This document shows positions 36,087-48,900 of a stretch of DNA of 64,000 bases, piece by piece (position 1 is the stretch's first letter; every line of letters begins with the position of its first letter). The notes under the pieces were generated by a model. That model saw only the letters and a list, made by a program, of their open reading frames with translations. It had not been told where the DNA came from and searched no databases. Where the stretch lies: contig NC_047025.1 in the NCBI RefSeq assembly GCF_902652985.1, positions 16,864,001-16,928,000 of the forward strand. Direction: 5' to 3'. The position numbers were made by a program, and so were the translations under genes. This DNA comes from Pecten maximus (taxonomy: Eukaryota).

Positions 36087-36809
36087 TTTGCTGGTACCTT
36101 ATCATCTTTTGGGAGAGTGGTGATTGTGACAAACATAGAAATACACAGGCAACAGGAAACAGGCGGGTAAAATAATAAATATCTCTAGTATAGGTAATAA
36201 TAAAGAAACAAATAACATAACTAAAATATAGGTCAGAATATTATAACAGCTGACGTAAATACCGGTGTGTGTGTTGTTATAACAAGGTGTAACAGAAGGC
36301 CAAATATGAGGTACTGAAACAGCACAAACTAAAATATACTGGTATAAAATATTGTGTTTTAGCATTAAAGGGGCCTTTATCTAATCACTGTAAAGAACGC
36401 TGTTTAGATTATCAATACTGATGGAGGCTTAGCTTAGAATATCTTGTTTTTTATTTCATTGCTCAGACTTAAAAGGTTCTACTATATTTCCGTATGCATG
36501 TAGCTCCAAAAGTGGTCTGGCGGTAACTCTGGGATTCTACTACAAACAATATAACCAACAATTCATTTGCTGCAAAGCACAGACGCCTGCTTCTGTTAAT
36601 TCAATTCTAAACCGGAAGCAAACGTTTGAAGAGACTGGCGTAACTATATGCTCTGAATCTGTCCTCATTTTACGTGCACTGGCTGCTGCGAGGAAACCAA
36701 AAGGGTTAACTTCAAAAGTTTCTATTTTTGTCCTGCTAAAGTTAAAGATTATATATCAATATCAACCTATTACATCTACTACACAATCAGGTCCATTCCT
36801 CGAGCTATG

Positions 36810-37064
36810 TGTAATGTCCATTCAATTATCTATTACGACCGTAATAAGATCGGAGTGAGACAGGCCTGTATTTTGATTAACTTCACTTGTGTCAAGGCTT
36901 ATCAGCCCAGGCCCCGATCATGTATATTACACAGGTGTATACCGACACTGTATTCTGTATCTGTATCAGAAGAGACCATAGCCATGCAGTAATAAACATG
37001 TAGTTAGCATATACAACAGAGTCAGTCATTACTTTAATTACGGCCACACAAACGAAATATAACA
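36810..37064 (+). repeat. 5' LTR
   Basis: TGTAATG...ATAACA, contains AATAAA, and appears identical to 41526-41780 by eye. Confidence 0.97.
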
Positions 37065-37166
37065 ATGGCGACCAGGATTAAACTATGAAGAAGAAATACA
37101 TGGACTAAAATTTTCCAGTGTTAGCTACCGTGCAGTACACTTGTAGTTTTATCACAAATTGGAAAA

Positions 37167-40100
37167 ATGGCAACTGGATTACCAACATTCCCGCAATTTT
37201 CTGTACACGAAAATGCTGTCGACATCAGATGGAAAAAATGGGTGAAGAGGTTGGATAACCTATTGGTTGGTATGAACATCAAAGACAAAGACAGGAAACG
37301 TGCATTGTTCTTACATTTTGCTGGAGATGAAGTCAATGACATTTTCGATACTCTACCCGACACAGGCAACGATTATAAAACTGCTGTTGAAAGATTAACA
37401 GAGTACTTTGCGCCGAAGAAAAACACAGAATTTGAAGTTTCAAATTTCGCCAAACAAGACAAATGTCCAGTGAGAATATTGACAGTTTCCACACCAGACT
37501 GAGACAACTAGGACAAAACTGTGAATTTGTTGATTGTGACAAGGAGATCAAATCACAAATAATTCAGGGATGCAGTTCAACCAGACTTCGGAGAAGAGCG
37601 CTACAGGAGGACATGGATCTTCATAAGTTAATAGCGATGGCCCGAAGTATGGAGATTTCACACCTACAAGCTCAGGAAATTGAAAAAACTGATCGTGCCT
37701 ACCCACAGAGAGAAGACACGAACGCTGTAAAAAGAAAATCAAATGGCGGTTGGAGTAAGCAGAACCGAACACACTCAAACAAGCCATCACAGGTATGTCG
37801 AAACTGTGGAGGAAAGTTTCCTCACGAGAAGCCCTGTCCAGCAAAAGGGAAAGTATGTCACTCTTGTCAAAAGTACAATCATTTCTCGAAAGTATGCAAA
37901 TCGAAAAAACTTGTTAAACAAGTAGAAGACAAATCAAGTCAACCACGCAATGAAAGTTCAACAGACGAGTATCTTTATGGTATACAAACAATCAACCAGG
38001 TTAAATCAAAACAACCTAAAACTGCGGTAACTGTTGATGGATTGACTCTTAATATACTTGTTGACACAGGATCAAGCATCAATGTCATGGAGGAAACAAG
38101 CTACAACAAAATCAGAAATAAGAAAAAGCTACAGAAAGCATCAACAAAACTGTTTGCGTATGGCTCAACAAAACCTCTACCTGTAATTGGAACTTTTGTT
38201 GCAAGCATAGAAAGTAAACAGAGACTTGTCACTGCGCTATTTTATGTAGTAAAGGGATGCAACGGAAACTTACTGAGCTATGAAACGTCAGTAAATCTTC
38301 AACTCATACCCGTTATCTCTGCTGTATCGGAACAGAGAGAAGAGAAGCTATGCGAAAAATACGCATCAATCTTCGAGGGTATCGGGAAATTGGAAAACAC
38401 CCAGGTAGATATACACATTGATGACAATGTTAAACCTGTGGCTCAACCACACAGACGTATTCCTTTTCATGTTAGGAAACATGTAGAAGCTGAGCTAGAC
38501 AGACTTGAAAAATTGGACATCATTGAGAAAGTGACAGGACCAACACCTTGGGTATCCCCGATCGTCGTGGTTCCTAAACCCAGAAGTCCAGGAGAAATTC
38601 GGATATGTGTAGACATGAGACTACCCAATAAGGCTATACAAAGAGAAAGACACACCACACCGACTATCGATGACTTGATAGTAGATTTAAATGGTGCAAA
38701 AATGTTCTCAAAACTAGACCTCAGAGCAGGATATCATCAACTAGAGTTGACAGAAAAGGCCAGAAATATCACAACATTCTCAACACACGTTGGACTTCGA
38801 AGATACAAACGATTGAGTTTTGGTGTATCGTCAGCAGCAGAAATTTTCCAAGATACGTTACGGACATGTCTGGAAGATCTCAAAGGTGTAAGAAATATCA
38901 GCGATGATATCATTGTTTTTGGCAGGACCCAAGAAGAACATCACAGAAATCTCGAAGCAGTATTTCAAAGGTTGAAGGAAAAGAACTTAACACTTAACAA
39001 AAACAAGTGCGAGTTCAACAAGAAAAGGCTAGAATTTTATGGGTACATATTTGGAGCGGAAGGAATATCTGCTGATCCAAAAAAGGTTGAATCAATCAAG
39101 AACGCTGCTACTCCAACAAACATATCAGAGGTACGAAGCTTCCTAGGTATGACAAACTACGTTGGACGATTCATACCCGCCTATTCTACTACAACAGAAC
39201 CGCTAAGGAGATTGACAAAAAGTACAACGCCATGGAAATGGACAGACAGTCAGCAAAAAGCGTTTGAAAAGCTCAAACAAGACCTGACTAGTGACACTGT
39301 GATGTCGTATTTCGACCAGACGAAGCTGACTAATCTTGTAGTGGATGCAAGTCCCGTTGGATTAGGTGCTATCTTATCTCAAGAAGGAAAGATTATCGCA
39401 TACGCAAGCAGAGCTTTGACAGATGTTGAACAGCGATACTCACAGACAGAGAGAGCGGCACTAGCTATTGTGTGGAGTTGTGAACATTTTCATCTGTATC
39501 TCTATGGACATACATTTACACTCATCAGTGACCATAAACCACTAGAGTGCATTTTTAATAATCCAAAATCAAAACCACCAGCAAGGATCGAGAGATGGCG
39601 ATTAAGACTTCAACAATATGATTTCAATGTTTTATACAAACCAGGCAAATCCAATGCAGCCGACTATATGTCAAGACACCCAACAAGTTTACAAAGCGGT
39701 AAACATTCTGAAATAGCGGAAAGCTATATACGCTATATCGCAACAAACGCAGTACCAAAGGCAATGACACTCTACGAAATATGTATGGCTACTAAGCAGG
39801 ACATGGAAATTCAAATGATCATACAATCTGTCAAATCGGGAGTATGGAAAAAACATTACAACAGCAAAACCCTGGAAACATTGTCAAGAGTACGCAGTAA
39901 CCTGACAGTTGTTGCTACAAAGGATGGTGAAGTGTTATTATGTGAAAACAAACTGGTTATTCCAAACACTCTACATCAACGAGCAATAGAACTGGCCCAT
40001 GAAGGACATCAGGGAATTGTGAAAACAAAACAATTACTGCGGGAAAAAGTTTGGTTCCCCGGTATAGACAAAAAAGTTCAAGATATGTGTAAGGGATGTA

Positions 40101-41041
40101 TTCCGTGCCTTGCATCAGTACCTAAGACAACTACTGAACCATTACGGACGACAGAACTTCCAGAAGCTCCGTGGACCAGAGTAAGCATGGATTTTTGTGG
40201 ACCATTCCCGTCAGGAACATACTTAATGGTACTTGTGGATGATTACTCAAGGTATCCAGTGGTTGAGATACTATCAAACGTGTCAGCACGTACTGTCATA
40301 CCAGTACTAGACAAAATCTTTGCAATGTTTGGAATTCCACAAAAGCTCAAAACGGACAATGGACCGCCGTTTAATGGAAACGAATTTCAGAAATTTGCGG
40401 AGGATTTAGGTTTCAAACATCAAAAGGTTACACCATTATGGCCTCAAGCAAATGGAGAAGTAGAGCGCTTCATGAGGACTCTAGGAAAGTCGATTCGCGC
40501 TGCTCACGCTGAAAATCGTGTGTGGAAACAAGAACTATTCCGTTTCTTACGTAATTATCGAGCAACACCTCACACTACAACAGGTGTATCGCCCTCAGAA
40601 TTACTGATTGGACGAAACATTCGCATCAAGATACCGAGCATTGAAGTCAAAACTAGCGATGACTCCATTGTGAGAGAAACTGACAACAAAAGAAAACGAA
40701 AGATGAAGGAGAAATCAGACAGCACAAGGCATGCTACTGAATCAAAGCTAAAAGTAGGTGACACCGTTCTTGTTAAACAGAACAAACATGACAAGCTGAC
40801 AACCCCATTTGATCCAAAACCATACCGGATAAAATCTAAGAAAGGATCCATGGTGACCGCTGAAAGAAACAATCATCAAATTACCAGAAATTCTTCATTT
40901 TTCAAACGAGTTATGACACCACCATCGGAACAATGCCCCGAGGAGGAGGAAGAAAGAAACATGGATGATAAACCAGGCATCAGGAGGTCAGCACGACGAA
41001 AGAAACCACCGAATCTATGGAAAGATTTTGTGTATTCATGA
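37167..41041 (+). CDS. Gag-Pol polyprotein of the LTR element (frameshifted at about 37440)
   Basis: ORFs 37167-37502 and 37463-41041 overlap. Motifs: twin zinc-knuckle region CRNC...CHSCQKYNHFSKVC, protease LVDTGS, RT ISDD and KLDLRAGYHQ, RNase H DASPVG...DHKPL, integrase HEGHQG...CKGC, DFCGP, TDNGPPF, NGEVER. Confidence 0.92.
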
Positions 41042-41525
41042 AGTATATTTCAAGGGCATAATAATCCCTTGTATTCATACAGTAGAATAGTGTTTAGTAA
41101 AGCAGTGAGTTGTGTATCAAAGGGCATAACAAAACCCTTAACTCACAATTAGATATTGTTATATATATATAGATAATAAAGAAGACAGTGATCAGAGGAC
41201 AATGTTCAGAACCAATCCGTGAAGGAAGTTTACATCATTTTAGAACATTTACCGTAAAGTGAAAATTCCACTTGGACGTCACCATCGTAAATCACAAGAG
41301 CCTGTGTGATTTTAAACAGACACTAATTGGACATGATTACCGCCAGACAGGACAGCCCCGTCCAGGACTCATTATAACAAAACCCCATATACTCAGACGG
41401 GAGATCAAATTGAAATTTGCTGACCAAATTAATTGGTACAGATTGGACTTGGCTAAACTATTTGCTTATCGTGAATTTAAAGGCTTTTGTTTATATGAAG
41501 TCTCATTCTGTAAAATGGGGAGAGA

Positions 41526-41780
41526 TGTAATGTCCATTCAATTATCTATTACGACCGTAATAAGATCGGAGTGAGACAGGCCTGTATTTTGATTAACTTC
41601 ACTTGTGTCAAGGCTTATCAGCCCAGGCCCCGATCATGTATATTACACAGGTGTATACCGACACTGTATTCTGTATCTGTATCAGAAGAGACCATAGCCA
41701 TGCAGTAATAAACATGTAGTTAGCATATACAACAGAGTCAGTCATTACTTTAATTACGGCCACACAAACGAAATATAACA
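41526..41780 (+). repeat. 3' LTR
   Basis: Direct repeat of 36810-37064, preceded by a polypurine tract. Confidence 0.97.
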
Positions 41781-42090
41781 CTATGGTTGCTCCAAAATTG
41801 TAGAAAATAAAATACCAAACAATAAATGGCTGTAAAATCTTGGCATAACCCTTGATACAAGGGGCAGCCGTTTATTATAAGCAGAAACTTTTGACATATA
41901 TTTCATGTGTTTTTAGAATTAAAACATAGATTGTTAGCAATGGTGAGCGAGAACTACGCCATACCTGTCCTATAAGGACCAGATTATGTTCCTCCAAATA
42001 CTGTCACGGATTAATAACGGGCCTGCCTCTCTAATCCGGACACTCGTGTGTTCAGAATGATTTCCCGCGTTACTATGCGAACCGCTTACC

Positions 42091-42125
42091 CAGAGACGTA
42101 TATATACCAAGAATACAAGTCTCTG
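42091..42125. mobile_element. 35-bp head-to-head TIR remnant (putative excision footprint)
   Basis: CAGAGAC...GTCTCTG flanked by GCTTACC / CCTTACC (6/7 match). Confidence 0.55.
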
Positions 42126-43405
42126 CCTTACCGTAGAGACTGTTTCGTTATTCCGACTTAAGTTATCTCGTTATCAATAACGACATGGTGGTTAACTGAG
42201 TACAAATTAGCAGAACGAGATAGAATTCACGGTAGGTCAGTTCAATACTTTCATTATGTGTCGGTGTTGGGACATTGGAGCTAGCTGGTCATGGACAGAT
42301 TACTGAAAATTTTGAAGTCCGCATTGATAGTCTTTTGTATTAAAGATGAAAAGCAGACTCTTGTGTTTAAAATTAACATAATTTGTTAGAAGCCTTATAA
42401 TTCAATTTCAATTTCAATTTCTAATTTCGGCCTACATGGGGCAAAAAGTATATAAACTTATTGAACCTTGTAAATAAGCTCCATATGTAAATGTAATTTA
42501 TATAACAGACGAAAATGCTGATCGGTAACAACACTTTTAATTATTGTGCAAATATGGAGACATACTGCTATCATTCGTGTGTTTTCGGGTTTTTACATTA
42601 TCTGTCTGTGTTACCTGCATATTTCGAATAGGTAAGTTTCAGAACGAGGCTCAGGTGTAACAACCTTCACCTCAACAGAAGAGTCACTGCTGAGGTATTT
42701 CAAGCGGGCATCGACTGCTCGAAGACGCATAGGTAAGAATTCGTTTATACTTTTGAATACATTTAGCGTTATAATTCGGCGCCATGCTGTGAACAATCAA
42801 CTGTTTTAATTACGTTTAACCAGATCGACGTTCAATACTGTTTACACCTGTAATTCACACCTGTCCCTACCTTGTTTTCAAATAGATGAAAATGGCCGCC
42901 ATATCTTGGTCTCGATGGTGTACGATCGAAATGAATTATATTGTAATATGTGGCATTACCGCATTCTGTATGTTTTCTGCTAAAAGGGGGACTCGCACGA
43001 CTAAGCTGCTCGTAATTACAGGTGCGATTTTCACAGGTGATTATCGTAATCTACGTACATTGAACCAGTATTGTTGTGCATTACTCATCCTCAACTTACT
43101 TCCGGTAGTCTGAAAAAAACACCCTACACTTTATTTTGATGCGTACCCAAGGGATTAATATCATGTTTTAATACATCACCTGTTTGTGACCAGCTGTGTG
43201 ATTAGATTTAAGTTGATATTGGCAGCATCCACTGTTTCACATTAAGCCAAATTTTGTTTCAACTTCAACAATTTTCATATGTTTTGTATACAATCCTGAT
43301 TGATTGTGCTTTACAAGTAATAAAAGTATAAAAACTTAGATATACACAATTACTTTAGTAAACCAGTCCTTATATCGTCATGCAATTGATTTTAAATACA
43401 TATTG

Positions 43406-44204
43406 CAGGGCCCAGGAAAAACTTTCAAAGCACTCGTCCATCGGACTAGTGGCCTGAATTAAAGTACTCGTCCGAACAAAGAATTCACTTGTCCAAAAAA
43501 TTTCAGAATTATCTGCTATACAACATTCTCATTTTTCACATGGCTGTTTACCAATTGTATTCAATACGTTCACGCTTGATCTTATAATGTTCATTACGTT
43601 AGTAAATTTTTAATCCATCAATAGAAAGAACGATGATTCAACTAATACAGGAATGTAGCGAATGTAAACATCGGGAAAATAGGTCACATTACGCGACAAA
43701 TTGTGAGAAAGTTTTCGATGAACCAATATAAAATATAGCAGTGACTTAATCAATTATTTGTTAGAGATCATAATGGTTACTGTTTTCATTTGAATCAGTC
43801 GTCTCAACACAACTGTCATCTTGTTTTTTAGGTTGACTGACAATAAAAATAACAATCCAATTTTCGTTAAGCCATTTTTATGCAGACATCCTCGGACAAC
43901 ACCCATTATACTTACATGTCACCCGGAACCCGATAAGGTCATCGTACATGACTTCCGACCTACAGACGAAGATAGGCCTACTTACCTGCTATCATGCAGA
44001 AATTTTGCTATTTTTCGTAATAATGACACAAAAAAGAATACATAACTAACAATGCATCAAATTTTAAGCAATTTTATTAACGAATACTGAAATAACATAG
44101 AAAATTTCTACTCGTCCGACTGACTAGTTGACAATTAAAACCACTCGTCCGTCGGGAAAATCTACTCGTCAGGACGAGCGGACGAGTGCTTTTGCCGGGC
44201 CCTG
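43406..44204. mobile_element. hAT-like MITE with 6-bp TSD
   Basis: Termini CAGGGCCC / GGGCCCTG, ATATTG on both sides, and repeated subterminal ACTCGTCC/GGACGAGT motifs. Confidence 0.78.
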
Positions 44205-44385
44205 ATATTGTAGTGATGACCCTGGCTGTTAATAGGACGTTAAATAAAAAAAATAATTGTAGTGAGCTATGGGGACAAGATCCGATATAATTATTCAACA
44301 CAACTTGTCGAGATTTAAAGGCATTTTATTTTGACACAATTGCAACGTGCCCTGGCCCCAGTGTTGCTAATTGCTGAATTGGGAA

Positions 44386-45360
44386 GTCACATTACACAGG
44401 TTTAGCTTGACACCACATATCTGTGTCACATTACACAGGTTTAGCTTGAGATCACATGTCTGGGTCACATTACACAGGTTTAGCTTGACACCACATGTCT
44501 GTGTCACATTACACAGGTTTAGCTTGATACCACATGTCTGGGTCACATTACACAGGTTTAGCTTGACACCACATATCTGTCACATTACGCAGGTTTAGCT
44601 TGACACCACATATCTGTGTCACATTACACAGGTTTAGCTTGACACCACATATCTGTGTCACATTACACAGGTTTAGCTTGACACCACATGTCTGGGTCAC
44701 ATTACACAGGTTTAGCTTGACACCACATGTCTGGGTCACATTACACAGGTTTTGCTTGACAAATGTTTACATTGCATGTGCGTGTCACATTACACAGGTT
44801 TAGCTTGACACCACATATCTGTGTCACATTACACAGGTTTAGCTTGACACCACATGTCTGTGTCACATTACACAAGTTTAGCTTGACACCACATGTCTGT
44901 GTCACATTACACAGGTTTAGCTTGACACCACATGTGCGTGTCACATTACACAGGTTTTGCTTGACAAATGTTTACATTGCATGTGCGTGTCACATTACAC
45001 AGGTTTAGCTTGACACCACATGTCTGTCACATTACACAGGTTTAGCTTGACACCACATGTCTGTGTCACATTACACAGGTTTAGCTTGACACCACATGTC
45101 TGTGTCACATTACACAGGTTTAGCTTGACACCACATGTGCGTGTCACATTACACAGGTTTTACTTGACAAATGTTGATATTGAATGTCCATGTCACTTAT
45201 ACAAGTTTTACTTGACATCTCATATCAGTGTCTCATTACATAGGTTTTGACTGACATCAGAGTTCATTGTCGCATTAGAGTTCATTGAAGCATTACACAG
45301 GTTTTGCTTGACATTGTAAGTCAATGTCACATTACAAAGGTTTTGCTTGACATTGGAAAT
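44386..45360. repeat. 39-bp minisatellite with a periodic variant unit and a decaying 3' edge
   Basis: Unit GTCACATTACACAGGTTTAGCTTGACACCACATGTCTGT. The variant ...TTGACAAATGTT... occurs at about 44755, 44960 and 45165. Confidence 0.93.
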
Positions 45361-45374
45361 TTATATAGTGTCAC

Positions 45375-45805
45375 ATTTTATTACATTTTTACCAGTGAAA
45401 TATCAAAAATTATTCATTCTGTAAACGTGATATTTTTCACTAGTGAAAAATATCACTTTTGCTGATTTGACCAATCAAATTCATGATTAGAAAATACCAA
45501 AATAATTGACCAATCAGAAAGCCCGACATATATGTCAGCACCTGGACAGGGGGAACTACTGTTTTTGTTTACAAATTATCGCTGTAGGCCTAGTTAGCAT
45601 ACAGGGTAGGTTTTTCGTTAATAAAAAATGTAATAAACAGAATATCTAACAGTGTCTTCAGTAATACCAAATATATTTCACTCGTGTGGCTAATATTTTG
45701 ATATTTTTCACGAGTGCACAGCACGAGTGAAAAATATCAAAATATTAGCCCCACTCGTGAAATATATTTGGTATTACTGAAAACACTGTTAGATATCCTC
45801 TATAC
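45375..45805. mobile_element. Element ending in a long hairpin (45642-45796), possibly Crypton-like
   Basis: Inverted arms of about 75 bp, ATATCTAACAGTG...CACTGTTAGATAT, with four CAC(TC/GA)GTG boxes. Two GACCAATCA motifs lie upstream. The superfamily call is inference. Confidence 0.5.
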
Positions 45806-45961
45806 ATCAGTTTTATTTCGAATCAGATTTCCATTCTAAATAGAATGAATATTTCCTTCAGGTTAAGCTACAAATGTATATAAGTGTTGTTAACGTCAGA
45901 TTATTTGAAATTTTGCTGGTTTTAAATGTTTATTTTGATTTGTGTTTCAGATGTTGATAGT

Positions 45962-48900
45962 ATGATAAGGTTCCTATTACTGGGGGCTGCTCTACTAGGA
46001 GTAGGGTATGCCCAGAGTCGACAGACTGTCATAGACAACCAGGTCGGGTACAAGCAAGAAAGAGCACCGTAAGTATTATAATTCTATATATAATAATTCA
46101 TAGTAAAGTGTGAATTTCTTGAGGAATAACTGGCTATCTATGGTGGTATTTTTGGACATTTTTGTTTCATGCCAATATGTAAGAAAATCTCAAAATAAAA
46201 TCTATGATATGTTCAAAGTGAATCTTTAAAAGATAGTGGTAACTTCTTCTAACACTCAATATATTGGATGTAGCTCTTTGGATAAGTGATTTATTACCTT
46301 ATCATTGTGAAGTTATATTTATTGCCCCTATATCAAAGTCATGGTAACGGGTAACATCATCTGTTGAGGACATTCTAGTTTCCCTGCAATACTCTGTGTT
46401 CTATATCACTATCTATTTAGTACTAAGTCCATCATGCCTGCTGACAGACAATTAAGTCTGACTACTTCTGTTGCAGATCAGTGAAATGCTATCTAAATTT
46501 TGTTATAATCAAAATGCCTACTTAAAAAGTGAGGCAGAGTTTCTATATGTTAAAATTGGCTACCTAGACTTATTACAGGTCAAATAAGATATTATATGTA
46601 GTTACACTAAAAGTATATCAATGTAATATGTGTATGCTGTAATCTGCTGGATTGTAAATAATTTTGTTAAATTTTCTGTTGTAGGACTTACTTGGTTATT
46701 GCCCCTAAAAGAGTTCGACCTAATCAGGTTGTACAGATTTTTGTGACGATTCTAAAACTGGAATATTCTAGAATAAATGTGCGTGTATCAATCACTCGTA
46801 AAAACGTGGAGTATGCTGGCGCTGCGCTGACGTTCGACCAGATTGGGAGTCGTACCATGCAGCTGCATGTAAGTTATCATTTAAATAAAAATGATTTATG
46901 ACCCTGTGTACACAATTCTTGAAACAATGATGTTTATACCAGTAATAGAATTTTATCATATTCAGTAAGGTTGTACGTGTACATATTACTAAGTGTTCAT
47001 TATTTGACAATTTGTTGAAGATACTTTTATATAAGGTCAATATACAAGGCCAGCATCAGGGACTAACAGATGAAATGAAAATTTCTGTGACATCTGGAAA
47101 TCAGAATGACTGAAAGTTTATAATTTTGACTGTAGATGCCACAGAACTCACAGACTGGAGATTACAAGCTGCGAGTGGAGGGAACAATCGATGGGGGAAG
47201 CAGTGGAAATGTTTTTGAGAATGAAACCTCAATAGAGTTTCACCCCAAACAGGCATCCCTGTTTATACAGCTCAGCAAGCCCATCTTCAGACAGGGCCAG
47301 AAAGGTACTGTATCATGTCTGGGTGGGGGAAATGTCCAACTTAAGATAACATAATTTATCATTGGCCAATTCATTCCTCCCTTTTTCCTGTGATTGATGT
47401 CGATTGGTAAAATCTAGATTTGAAAATATGCTTACACAATCTGTATCAAATTAATGTTAGTGAAACAAAAATATTTGAAACAATATACTGTATATTGTAT
47501 TGTAGTGTGATGGATACACCATATTTTTGACTTAATAAATTGACAGCTAAAATAATATATCAATACTGTATACAATGTATGAATTCTATAAATTGTTGTG
47601 TTTTCTGTAGTTTACTTCCGAGTGGTGCCTATCCTCCCTAACTTGATGCCGAAATATGGAAGTATGACAATATATGTAAATGTGAGTATTGTTTGTTAAG
47701 TAAACTGCTAAGATCGGATTAAAAATCCTAAGGATATCAATAAAGATTGAGAGCTAAATCCTAAGGATATCAATAAAGATTGAGAGCTAGGGTTTTTATA
47801 ACCTGATTTTGGGACAGAAAATTAAGCCCCAATCACAATGCAAAATGATATATCTTTTTGTCTCTTGTTTCCCAGTTTTTTTTATCCAAAATTGAAAATG
47901 TGAAAAAAAAATACGTTAAAATTTTGTATTTTGATAAGCATCAAAAAGAGACTAAATTGTTCTGTTCACTTCGATTAAGTTATGACAAATTTCTGTAATT
48001 TGATAACCAACCTTTTTTTGTGCTATTAAGTGTTGCTAGCTTGTTTAGTTTATAAGGAAATGTTTCCACTTTTTTCTTAAGCCACACTAAATTTTCAGAT
48101 TTCTAGGGCCCTGGCCTCGGCCCCTATCCCTAAAAGGGAAAATCACTGATTGAAATAACACATCCTCACCTAGCTATGTCATGTCACAATGTGAGGATTA
48201 GTCTTTGCTCGTCTAAATATGTCAATCAGGATTAAAATTAAAAAAATAAAAATAAAAAAATCACTCGCATGACACATGAATGCTAAAACTATGCCTTTCA
48301 GATTTTAAAGATATTTTATGTTGAATGTAATTTTTAAGACCTTAATGAAGCCGGATCATTGTTATAAAAGATAAATTTTAATGAGTGAGTGTTCATTATT
48401 TTTTATTTATAGGATCCCACAGGATTCCCTGTGCGTAGATGGCTAGCAGTACAGACCAATGCTGGAGGTCAGTCACTTCTTATGTTGAAATGTTGAAACA
48501 TATGTTGTGAGGAGGTTTTATAACATTCTCTCCTTTCATTATCATTGTTGGTTTTTTTGGGGAGTTTTTTTTTCTTTTTTCTTTTTAGTTTGTTTTTTTC
48601 TGTAACTAGAAAATACTACTATGTTAAACATGTTAAAATATGTGTATATTTAAGATATAAATAATGGTGTTCTATATAAATGTTGAAATTCTGCTTGAAA
48701 TTTTTTTTTTATGAAAGTTGAGTTCAGAACTGGAGGTAAAAATCTAGAATCAAAGAAATTAGCTAGTGTCCTGCATGGGTAAAGTCACACTATCCTCACA
48801 AACATTTTAGATTTAAAAACTTAGCTGAGACTTTCCTATCAATGGTAATTTTTGAAAAAGTTTAAAAGCATGTAAATTCTTTAATATGCAGAACAAACAC

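Larger units (their letters stand above)
36810..41780 (+). mobile_element. Full-length Ty3/gypsy LTR retrotransposon, Mag-clade-like
   Basis: 255-bp TG...CA LTRs at 36810-37064 and 41526-41780. 5-bp TSD CTATG at 36805-36809 and 41781-41785. PBS TGGCGACCAGGAT at 37066 (close to the tRNA-Ser(GCU) 3' complement). PPT AAAATGGGGAGAGA precedes the 3' LTR. Domain order is gag-PR-RT-RH-IN. Confidence 0.97.

Noticed and set aside
38895-38910. Non-canonical RT motif ISDD instead of YxDD
   Set aside because: Both catalytic aspartates are intact and such variants are ordinary in Mag-like elements.
41272-41574. Possible env-like or extra ORF in the LTR element
   Set aside because: Only 100 codons with a non-ATG start, running into the LTR, with no signal peptide or TM segment.
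47785-48150. Possible further hAT-like MITE ending AAAATCACTG
   Set aside because: The left terminus and TSD could not be established.
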